From assembly GCF_018687975.1 (NCBI RefSeq), contig NZ_CP061310.1:1493584-1525583 (forward strand): a stretch of DNA of 32,000 nt, given 5' to 3'. Position 1 is the first letter of the stretch. Each line of letters opens with the position of its first letter. Source of the DNA: Polynucleobacter sp. es-EL-1. Lineage in GTDB: Bacteria > Pseudomonadota > Gammaproteobacteria > Burkholderiales > Burkholderiaceae. This document shows, one piece after another, positions 24,239 through 31,681 of the stretch. Both the position numbers and the translations under genes were made by a program. The notes under the pieces are model-generated. The model had not been told where the DNA came from, searched no databases, and worked only from the letters and a program-made list of their open reading frames with translations.

Positions 24239-27200
24239 CCAAGGACTGCCCTTCCAGCAGCCTCAGGATAAGCCTCGTATATATGCTCAAACATCGCTGA
24301 ACATTTGTCTTGGTACAAATCTTTTGTATACGCCTCGGGCAAGCCATCATCTAAGGCATCTTGAATGGCAAGCTTTAACTGTGATCTAGCAGTCTCTTTT
24401 TGACGCCAGTTCAACACCAGCAAATTTTTCAATTTTGCAAGTAATTCACGAGAAACCTTCTTTACCTCTGCTTTCTCAGCATTCGTTAAATCAGGAGCAG
24501 GCCTTGTCAAAATATCAAAAATAACAAGCTCTTCCTCTGACATATTCTCGCGAACGTGTCTCTCTTCTTCAGCATTTAAAGTATTTGTAAAGTTTAGTAG
24601 CTCTGCAAATATTTCTTCAATAGTCCGACTACCAGTGTTGTAACTTTCAATGAGTTCTTCAAACTTCTCAGAAAAATCAGCCCTCGTTTTATTGGCTTGG
24701 ATAAGCTTTTCCAATTTAGAGTGAATGGCGGCCTTAAGAGACTCTAAGTCTGTATTTTTATGCTTTGACTCCTTAAACTTCTGGGCAAGTGCTTGAAAAT
24801 TAATTTTTGAGAGGTCTAATGCTGCTGGTCCTTCTTTACGAATTGCCAAGCCAGTAATTGATTCATCCAAAATATCACTGATACCACCCATTATCTTTGA
24901 GATGTCTGAAGGGTTTGGATTTAATCTGACACGAATTGCCTCAACTAAGGTGGATAGACATACAACGATATTAAAAAACTCTAGAGCAGCTGGATCAGGC
25001 TTAATCGCTTTGTATAGAGTATTAACAAGTCGCTCATGACCAAATAACTGTCTACGCAAGGACTCCGGAGAAATCAGACTATCAATTGCATCCTCAATAC
25101 TTTGCAACCTCTCAAAACTTCCATCTGCTAAAGAAATTATGCGCTCCAGATTGACCCCTTTTGTATTGCAAAAGTCAAAAGCCGCCTTAATGGCAATTTT
25201 CAGATCCCTTACTAATTGCTGCTTATCTTTAACTGGATTTGTGCCACCACCACCAACTCCATAAATCGCTAATGCTTTTTCCAAAGAAGCAAATACATTT
25301 GCGTAATCAACAATCATGCCGCTGTGCTTGTCTGGGAAAACCCGATTGGCGCGTGAGATGGTCTGCATCAGCGTGTGATTACGCATCGGTTTATCCAAAT
25401 AAACAGTGGAGCAACTTGGCGCATCAAAGCCTGTCAGCCACATCGCACAAACAAATACCAACCGAAGTGGATCTTTGGAATCCTTAAAGCGCTCATCTAG
25501 CGGAGGCTGAGAATCATTCATGCGTCTACGATGCGGCTCAATATCTAAGCCCAACTCATGCATTTTAGAAATTTCGTTCTGGCTTGGCGAAACAATGACT
25601 GCCATATCAGTTGTCTTTAAAACATCTAATCGCCTTCTCAACTCGGCCAATTGAATATCACGCTGCGCTTGCTTAGGTGTTGTTTCGCCTGCTTCAGCAG
25701 CATTCTGTAATAGTTTAATCACCTCTTCTACTTTTGTAGTCTCTTGCTCCCAGGACTTTTTAACTTTATTAAAGGTCTTTAGGGCGGTAGCCTTGTCAAT
25801 GGAAACAACCATTGCCTTTCCTAAAAAACCTCGACCTAAAAAATGGGAAACAATATCTCGAGCTACAACCTCTAATCGATCATCTCTTGTAATGATGTGA
25901 TATTGCCTAGAAAGTTCACGCTCTAGTCTTGATTCTTGCTCGGGATCTAGTTCAGCTTCTTCAATTAAGCGGTATAAATCTTCATTTAAATCTGGATTAT
26001 TCAGGTGCAACTCAGGGGTGCGATTTTCATAAAATAAAGGGACGGTAGCTCCGTCCTCAACGGACTGCTGAAAATCATATATAGAAACATAATCACCAAA
26101 AACTTCTTTTGTTCTCTCTTCTCCAGCGATCAGTGGTGTTCCTGTGAATGCCAGAAACATGGCATTAGGCAAGGCCGATCTCATATTCAGCGCTAGGGTG
26201 TCATATTGACTCCTGTGTGCCTCATCAGTCATAACAATAACGTCAGATCGATCACATAATAAATCTGGAGATTGAAATTTTTGAACTAGAGTAAAAACAT
26301 ATCTATGATTTCCTCGTAGCAACTCTCTTAACTCTGCGCCACTAGATGCATGACATTTATCGCCTTCGGCTTGAGTTACTGCACCTACAGCCTTAAAGGT
26401 TCCAGCAATTTGATTATCTAACTCTACTCGATCCGTGACAACAGCAAACGTCCAGTTACCCACAAGTTTACGCAACACCTTTTGAGCAAAGAAAACCATT
26501 GAGAAGCTCTTTCCGCTACCTTGGGTCTGCCAAAAGACACCGCCTCTACCGTGACCTAGTTCCCGAGCCTCAAGCATTGATGCAATTGCATTATTAACAC
26601 CAATGAATTGATGATTCTGCCCTAGTATTTTTACTAAACCCGCTTTATGTTCCGAGAATAAAGTAAAGTTTTCCACCAAATCCAAAAGTCGCCCTTTGTC
26701 ACAAACACCTCGGAGCATTACTTCAAGAGAAACTCTTCGTGGCTCATCTTCACGCTCAATACGCTTCCACTCAAACCATCGCTCCCAATCAGCAGTCAAA
26801 GATCCAACGCGACTATCGGATCCATTTGAGGCAATCATTAGAGCGTTGTACCAAAATAAACTAGGTACTTGATCTTTGTAGTGAGTTAAATTTTCATCAA
26901 AAGCATTCCTGGCTGGAACACCCGGTTTCTTTAACTCAATGACGACCCAAGGCAGCCCATTCACAAAACCGACTAGGTCAGGTCGGCATGTATACAGCGA
27001 ACCCGTCACACTAAACTGGCTTACAAGCAAGAAATCGTTACTCTCAGGGGTTTCCCAATCAATAACCTTAATTCTTATAGTCTTTTGACCGCCATTCTCA
27101 GTATCTGGAATTGAAACTGGAACACCTTCTTTTAAGAATTCATAAATTTCACGGTTTGCGGCAGCTAATCCCATTGTCGATCTATCTCTAACAATTTCAT

Positions 27201-27429
27201 CAATAGCCGAAGTTATTGATGAAGGTTGTATATCGGAATTATTAAGCTTTATCAAAGCTGATCGTAGTCGGGGAAGTAACACAACCTCACTTTTAGTGCT
27301 TCGGCCAAAACACCCATCGCCAGAAAATACCTCATCGGATGCATTTAGTATCTCCCATCCCAAGGAAGCAAATAAATTAATAGATGGCTGCTCAATTAAT
27401 TGATCTTCAGAATAGGCATGGGCATTCAT
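24235..27429 (-). CDS. hsdR: type I restriction endonuclease, R subunit
   Basis: 1064-aa ORF with Walker A QTQGSGKSFS, a DEAH box (MTDEAHRSQ), SF2 helicase motifs and a long helical C-terminus. It is downstream of hsdM-hsdS. Confidence 0.9.
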   Translation of the reverse strand: MNAHAYSEDQLIEQPSINLFASLGWEILNASDEVFSGDGCFGRSTKSEVVLLPRLRSALIKLNNSDIQPSSITSAIDEIVRDRSTMGLAAANREIYEFLKEGVPVSIPDTENGGQKTIRIKVIDWETPESNDFLLVSQFSVTGSLYTCRPDLVGFVNGLPWVVIELKKPGVPARNAFDENLTHYKDQVPSLFWYNALMIASNGSDSRVGSLTADWERWFEWKRIEREDEPRRVSLEVMLRGVCDKGRLLDLVENFTLFSEHKAGLVKILGQNHQFIGVNNAIASMLEARELGHGRGGVFWQTQGSGKSFSMVFFAQKVLRKLVGNWTFAVVTDRVELDNQIAGTFKAVGAVTQAEGDKCHASSGAELRELLRGNHRYVFTLVQKFQSPDLLCDRSDVIVMTDEAHRSQYDTLALNMRSALPNAMFLAFTGTPLIAGEERTKEVFGDYVSIYDFQQSVEDGATVPLFYENRTPELHLNNPDLNEDLYRLIEEAELDPEQESRLERELSRQYHIITRDDRLEVVARDIVSHFLGRGFLGKAMVVSIDKATALKTFNKVKKSWEQETTKVEEVIKLLQNAAEAGETTPKQAQRDIQLAELRRRLDVLKTTDMAVIVSPSQNEISKMHELGLDIEPHRRRMNDSQPPLDERFKDSKDPLRLVFVCAMWLTGFDAPSCSTVYLDKPMRNHTLMQTISRANRVFPDKHSGMIVDYANVFASLEKALAIYGVGGGGTNPVKDKQQLVRDLKIAIKAAFDFCNTKGVNLERIISLADGSFERLQSIEDAIDSLISPESLRRQLFGHERLVNTLYKAIKPDPAALEFFNIVVCLSTLVEAIRVRLNPNPSDISKIMGGISDILDESITGLAIRKEGPAALDLSKINFQALAQKFKESKHKNTDLESLKAAIHSKLEKLIQANKTRADFSEKFEELIESYNTGSRTIEEIFAELLNFTNTLNAEEERHVRENMSEEELVIFDILTRPAPDLTNAEKAEVKKVSRELLAKLKNLLVLNWRQKETARSQLKLAIQDALDDGLPEAYTKDLYQDKCSAMFEHIYEAYPEAAGRAVLG

Positions 27430-27439
27430 TAGGAAAAGC

Positions 27440-28651
27440 TCAATTATTAATTTGGATTGATAATAATTTCAGAAGTAAAAGATCACGCATCTTACTTAGC
27501 TTAGAAATTTGCAAAGAAAGTGTAAGAATCTGCCTTAGCATTGGCGCAGCAACCCTCTCAAACTCAACTATCAAACTTTCTGGGGGTGAAATAAACTGCA
27601 TAGCTTTAACAGCCGATCCAGCATGCAAAATAGTTGTTCCTTTTGCATGCGCCCTTATCGTATCTTGAATGCTATCAGAAAGAAGCAAGTTATAGGCAAA
27701 GCTCCACCCCAGCCTACTCTCATCTTTAATCACAAGTTTCCGTATACCAGTTGAATACGAGCCTGACAAACCGATCCTCACAAGCCCAACAGATCCATCT
27801 AGAGTTAAAGCAATATCATCTCGATTTAAATACTTATTCCTAGCTAAAGCATGTGGAATGAATAAATCGCTTTCACGTTTACTAAGATCTCCCACCCGGA
27901 GAAACTTGACCAATCCTTCCGCCCACTCATCCATGTAAGAGTCGGATCCTGGTTCAATGCCCCTCTCAAAATCAGCAAAATCTGATACTTTTCGTGCCTC
28001 CCATCCGGTAGGTAGTGATGTCTCCCCTAAAGGGGTTGCTTTATGTTCAACATATCCTGGATACCTAAAGTTTACAAACCACTCGCGATAAATTGACTGT
28101 GACATTTCTTCAAGGATTTTAATGCGACGGCCATTATTAGCGATAAGATTGTCGAAAGAAGAAAGAATTTCACCAATACGCTTTTGGTCCTCAATGGGCG
28201 GCGTATAGATGGGGAATGATAATAACTTATCTAAACTCAAGTTATCTTGTGTAGCCCCCCTTGATACTGATAGGAATTTGTTACGCATCAAGTCCAATGA
28301 GTACTTTACAAAATGCAAATCAGATTTATGAGGATCAGGAATAAATCCTACAATACTGTCAGGAAAATAAGCTGGAAACTTTAAGATTGCAGTCTTTGCT
28401 GTATTAGCCCCAGCGATAGTTATGCATAACGTATTAGCAGGCCACTGCTTGCTCTGCAATATTCCAAAATCGCTATAGGTATGCAAATATTCGGTGATGT
28501 AAGGATCTGCAGTCATAATATCTGCAGTCTGTATGAAGGGGTGAACACCGCCGTAAAGGCGCGAATCATTTCGCGGGCGATGCCTTGATTTTCCCCTGCC
28601 AACATAACCGAGTTCATCAAGCCGCATCGGCTTCCATGATTTATCCATCAT
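27440..28651 (-). CDS. hsdS: type I R-M specificity subunit
   Basis: 403-aa ORF with two target-recognition halves separated and followed by conserved helical spacers (QKRIGEILSSFDNLIANNGRRIKILEEM ... LSKMRDLLLLKLLS). Its start overlaps the hsdM stop. Confidence 0.85.
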   Translation of the reverse strand: MMDKSWKPMRLDELGYVGRGKSRHRPRNDSRLYGGVHPFIQTADIMTADPYITEYLHTYSDFGILQSKQWPANTLCITIAGANTAKTAILKFPAYFPDSIVGFIPDPHKSDLHFVKYSLDLMRNKFLSVSRGATQDNLSLDKLLSFPIYTPPIEDQKRIGEILSSFDNLIANNGRRIKILEEMSQSIYREWFVNFRYPGYVEHKATPLGETSLPTGWEARKVSDFADFERGIEPGSDSYMDEWAEGLVKFLRVGDLSKRESDLFIPHALARNKYLNRDDIALTLDGSVGLVRIGLSGSYSTGIRKLVIKDESRLGWSFAYNLLLSDSIQDTIRAHAKGTTILHAGSAVKAMQFISPPESLIVEFERVAAPMLRQILTLSLQISKLSKMRDLLLLKLLSIQINN

Positions 28652-30276
28652 TATTCGGCAGTTCTTAATATTTCGGAAATATTTAATGAGATATTTTTTT
28701 CTATTTCCCGCGCTTCCAGATTTAAAAATTCAAGTTCTTCACTTAGGAACCCAAGTTGATCGTTAAAATCTTTACTACTAGTCTCATCACCAAGAGGGGC
28801 TCCAACGTAAAGCCCTGGATTTAACGACCATCCTTGTGCTTCTATATCTGATAATGTAGCCACCTTACATAAACCCAAAATATCTTTATAGACAGGCTTG
28901 GCACCGAAAATTTCTTCAAGCTTAGCTTTAAGCTCTTCACCACCTTGCGCTAAGTCAACTTTATCGCCGCGATATAGCTTAACAATATTTGATATAAAGT
29001 CTATTTGATTTTTCGTCCAGTCCCTATGAGACCTATCAATTTTTCTGTAGATGTGACGAGCATCTATGAAGAGTACAGTATTAGCCCTTGGAGTTTGCGA
29101 TTTACCTTTATCCAAAAACCAAAGCATACATGGTAGTGTCACTGTGTAAAACATATTAGATCCGACAGATATCATCACATCAACAACCTTATCCTGAAGG
29201 AGTTTCTCCCTCAGTTCGCGTTCAGACGATCTTGCGTCAGCAGCAGAATTTCCCATAACAAATCCCGCTCGCCCCTTAGCATTGAGGGCTGAATAAAACA
29301 TCTGAATCCATATGTAGTTTGCGTTATCTGCTCGAGGTAACCCAAATGGAAATCTCCGACCACCTCCCACCATCTCTTTAAGTCGCTCCTTGTCCACTGA
29401 ATCAACATTAAAGGGTGGATTTGCAAGAACAAAATCGAACTGCCCAACCGCTCCGTGAGGGTCATCATAATAACTATTGGTATTGCCGCCGTGACGTATA
29501 TCACCCTCCAAGCCATGAATCGCCAAATTCAAACGACATAAGCGACCAGTGTCATCAGTTTTTTCAACGCCAAAAATTGACAGTTCTGCAGTTGGATTCT
29601 TTTGATGTTCCGAAACAAAACGTGCAGACTGAACGAACATTCCACCTGAGCCACATGCCGGATCAAGAATGCGTCCATGATATGGCTCAATAATTTCTGT
29701 TAGTAATTTCACAATGCTTGAGGGTGTATAAAATTCACCACCGCCCTGCCCTTCGGTCATAGCAAATTCACCAAGGAAGTACTCGTATACGCGTCCGAAT
29801 GCATCAAATTCCAAACTTACAGGTATTTCAGAAACTTTTTTTAGCAGCCCTTTAAGTAACGAGCTAGTAAAGAGGTTGTAAGTTTTTGGAAGCACTCCAG
29901 CCAAACGAGGGTTATGCTTTTCAATTTCACGCATTGCCTCATTAACTTTCGCACCAATATTCTCTGACTCAGGCAAAGTTAGCAAATAGTCATATCGAGC
30001 TTCTGGGCTCAGATAAAGAATTCCTTCGGCCAAATATGCAGTAGGGTCTTCGGATCGACTAACTCTCCTTGGAGAGGAGCCTTCTTTTCCTAACTGCTCA
30101 TGTTTAGAGGCGAATCTAGCCTCTGCAAATCTCAAAAATATCAATCCCAGTATTGGCCCAGCATACTCCTGGGTTTTCAATCCAGAATTTGCTCGGAAGT
30201 CATCCGCAGCATCCCATAGATGTTTCTCCAGGGTTGCATTATTCGCATCTTTTTCAGAAGCTGCAATCCAACGCAT
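28651..30276 (-). CDS. hsdM: type I R-M N6-adenine DNA methyltransferase subunit
   Basis: 541-aa ORF with SAM motif LDPACGSGGMF, catalytic NPPF (FVLANPPFNV) and an HsdM N-terminal helical domain. Confidence 0.9.
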   Translation of the reverse strand: MRWIAASEKDANNATLEKHLWDAADDFRANSGLKTQEYAGPILGLIFLRFAEARFASKHEQLGKEGSSPRRVSRSEDPTAYLAEGILYLSPEARYDYLLTLPESENIGAKVNEAMREIEKHNPRLAGVLPKTYNLFTSSLLKGLLKKVSEIPVSLEFDAFGRVYEYFLGEFAMTEGQGGGEFYTPSSIVKLLTEIIEPYHGRILDPACGSGGMFVQSARFVSEHQKNPTAELSIFGVEKTDDTGRLCRLNLAIHGLEGDIRHGGNTNSYYDDPHGAVGQFDFVLANPPFNVDSVDKERLKEMVGGGRRFPFGLPRADNANYIWIQMFYSALNAKGRAGFVMGNSAADARSSERELREKLLQDKVVDVMISVGSNMFYTVTLPCMLWFLDKGKSQTPRANTVLFIDARHIYRKIDRSHRDWTKNQIDFISNIVKLYRGDKVDLAQGGEELKAKLEEIFGAKPVYKDILGLCKVATLSDIEAQGWSLNPGLYVGAPLGDETSSKDFNDQLGFLSEELEFLNLEAREIEKNISLNISEILRTAE

Positions 30277-30330
30277 ATTTTTACTTTCTGATGTATTTAT
30301 TGTTTTCTACTAGTAGTGTAGCTTGCCCTA

Positions 30331-30351
30331 AGCGTTACTTAAAGTAACGCT
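30331..30351. repeat. island palindrome copy 6 (agcgttacttaaagtaacgct)
   Basis: Perfect 21-nt palindrome between the hsdM start and the tRNA-Ile terminator. Confidence 0.95.
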
Positions 30352-30352
30352 C

Positions 30353-30380
30353 AAAAAAATACCAACCCGAAGGTTGGTAT
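30353..30380 (-). terminator. rho-independent terminator of the tRNA-Ile gene
   Basis: On the minus strand, ataccaacc-ttcg-ggttggtat is followed by ttttttt, 10 nt after the CCA end. Confidence 0.75.
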
Positions 30381-30389
30381 TTTCATTTC

Positions 30390-30682
30390 TGGTGGGCCCA
30401 CCAGGACTTGAACCTGGGACCAAAGGATTCCGGTTTGTGTAGCTTTCACTACTCCCTGGACTATGCCTTCATCATATCGATTGCTCGACTTAGATGGGTG
30501 CCGTCTAGTCTCTACACCTTCAACAGCACTTTCACGCTGAAGCTTGGCTCGGCGTTAGCTTGTGCAGCTTTTGGCTACATTTAGCTTTCTCCGAATTTGA
30601 CACCATCCCTTATGCAGTTTCCACGCATAAGGCACAACTTTCGCTATGAGTCCTCTGCTCTAACCAACTGAGCTATGGGCCC
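30390..30682 (-). tRNA. tRNA-Ile(CAU, lysidine type; Met not excluded) interrupted by a group I intron
   Basis: The 5' exon (30682-30646) is gggcccatagctcagttggttagagcagaggactcat. The 3' exon (30429-30390) is aatcctttggtcccaggttcaagtcctggtgggcccacca. Joined, they give a canonical 77-nt cloverleaf: 7-bp acceptor, anticodon loop ctCATaa and an encoded CCA. G1-C72 excludes an initiator tRNA. C4-G69, C5-G68 and G27-U43 match the TilS determinants I recall for E. coli tRNA-Ile2, which it closely resembles. Confidence 0.85.
30430..30645 (-). ncRNA. group I intron (Azoarcus tRNA-Ile-type, subgroup IC3-like), 216 nt, no ORF
   Basis: Intron RNA blocks gtgcc...gggatggtgtcaaattcgg, aacgccgagccaagcttc and gaaggtgtagagactagacggcaccca..ctaag match the Azoarcus ribozyme core as I remember it. 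It is inserted directly after anticodon CAU, with a gtg guide sequence 10 nt into the intron, and it ends in G (..aaccgg). Confidence 0.85.
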
Positions 30683-30876
30683 TAAAACTGTTTTTACTAC
30701 ACACCTTGCTGCTGGTGTTTGCCGCTTCAAAACCACACTAAAACCGCATTTACTACACACCTCGGTTTTTGCTTCGGTGTGTAAGCGGTGTGTAGTGAAT
30801 TTATACCGCCTAATTCACCACTAACCTCTTGAATCTATTGAGGTCTTAACTACAAGACCCCTAGGGCTTCTTTCTT

Positions 30877-30913
30877 ATGAGTCCTCTGCTCTAACCAACT
30901 GAGCTATGGGCCC
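30877..30913 (-). pseudogene. orphan duplicate of the tRNA-Ile 5' exon
   Basis: 37 nt are identical to 30646-30682, or 39 nt with one flanking t on each side. No matching 3' exon follows. Confidence 0.85.
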
Positions 30914-30985
30914 TATGCCAACATTGTAATTGAAGGGTCAAGCCACCCCTTATCTAATTGGTGGAATTGTATTTACATGCCAATT

Positions 30986-31011
30986 AGATATACATTAATA
31001 TATGTATATCT
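30986..31011. promoter_or_regulatory. palindromic operator upstream of the antitoxin gene
   Basis: agatatacat-taatat-atgtatatct has 10-bp perfect arms and ends 2 nt before the aaggag RBS at 31013-31018. Confidence 0.55.
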
Positions 31012-31027
31012 AAAGGAGTCATTGATC

Positions 31028-31258
31028 ATGATCGTTTCCAAATGGGGCAATAGCCTAGCTATTCGACTACCTTCCCAAGTGGTGGAATTTTTGAAGCTTA
31101 AGGAAGGGGATGATATTGAGGTTCAGGTCGCCGATAAAAAACATTTTCATATTAGAAAAAAACCATCTCCTCAAGAGAGGATAGAGGGTCTGAGAAAATT
31201 TCGTGGACGAATGCCTGCTGATTTTCACTTTGATAGATCCGAACTGAATGAACGCTAA
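31028..31258 (+). CDS. vapB: AbrB/MazE/SpoVT-family antitoxin (VapB-like)
   Basis: I chose the ATG at 31028, 9 nt after aaggag. MIVSKWGNSLAIRLPSQVVEFLKLKEGDDIEV is the classic swapped-hairpin antitoxin motif. It overlaps the PIN gene by 11 nt. Confidence 0.8.
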   Translation: MIVSKWGNSLAIRLPSQVVEFLKLKEGDDIEVQVADKKHFHIRKKPSPQERIEGLRKFRGRMPADFHFDRSELNER

Positions 31259-31652
31259 GAAAATATTCTTTGATACCAATACCCTGCTTTACCTACTGTC
31301 ATCGGATAACAAAAAAGCAGATTGGGTAAGCAAAAATCTACAGCAGCACAATGTGATTAGCGTTCAAGTGCTCAATGAATTTACATCAGCTAGCCTGAGA
31401 AAAATAAAAATATCCAATGCTGAGCTAGATGAGTTTTTGGATCTATTTACATCCACATTCAATGTGAGATCTCTAGATATAGATACCTTTGAAACTGGAC
31501 TAATGGTCTCCAGGCGCTATGGATATCAACACTATGATTCGATGATTATTGCTGCAGCACTGCAGGCGGGTTGCGAAAGACTGTATTCAGAAGATATGCA
31601 GCATCGACAGGTAATCGATAAAAAACTACAAATCGTGAATCCCTTTGCATAA
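31248..31652 (+). CDS. vapC: PIN-domain toxin (VapC-like ribonuclease)
   Basis: 134-aa ORF with the PIN acidic residues in context: FFDTN, VLNEF, YDSMI, YSEDM. Confidence 0.8.
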   Translation: MNAKKIFFDTNTLLYLLSSDNKKADWVSKNLQQHNVISVQVLNEFTSASLRKIKISNAELDEFLDLFTSTFNVRSLDIDTFETGLMVSRRYGYQHYDSMIIAAALQAGCERLYSEDMQHRQVIDKKLQIVNPFA

Positions 31653-31681
31653 GAGATTCACGATATTGGGTAATGCAGCTA

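Larger units (their letters stand above)
6899..30351. mobile_element. composite, probably serially accreted, genomic island downstream of tRNA-Ile(CAU)
   Basis: The region is bounded by identical palindromes 1 and 6. It contains two tyrosine recombinases, plasmid/ICE-type ORFs, a metal-resistance module, an R-M module, internal direct repeats and tRNA-fragment scars. The exact ends are not proven. Confidence 0.5.

Noticed and set aside
6899-30351. Interpreting the repeated 21-bp palindromes as a CRISPR array
   Set aside because: The copies are separated by 0.3-8.5 kb of coding DNA, not by regular 25-50-bp spacers. There are no cas genes.
30915-30976. Calling a sigma-70 promoter for the tRNA-Ile locus (ttgacc ... 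tacaat on the minus strand)
   Set aside because: The two hexamers are only about 7 nt apart. No pair with 16-18-nt spacing is convincing, so I make no promoter call.
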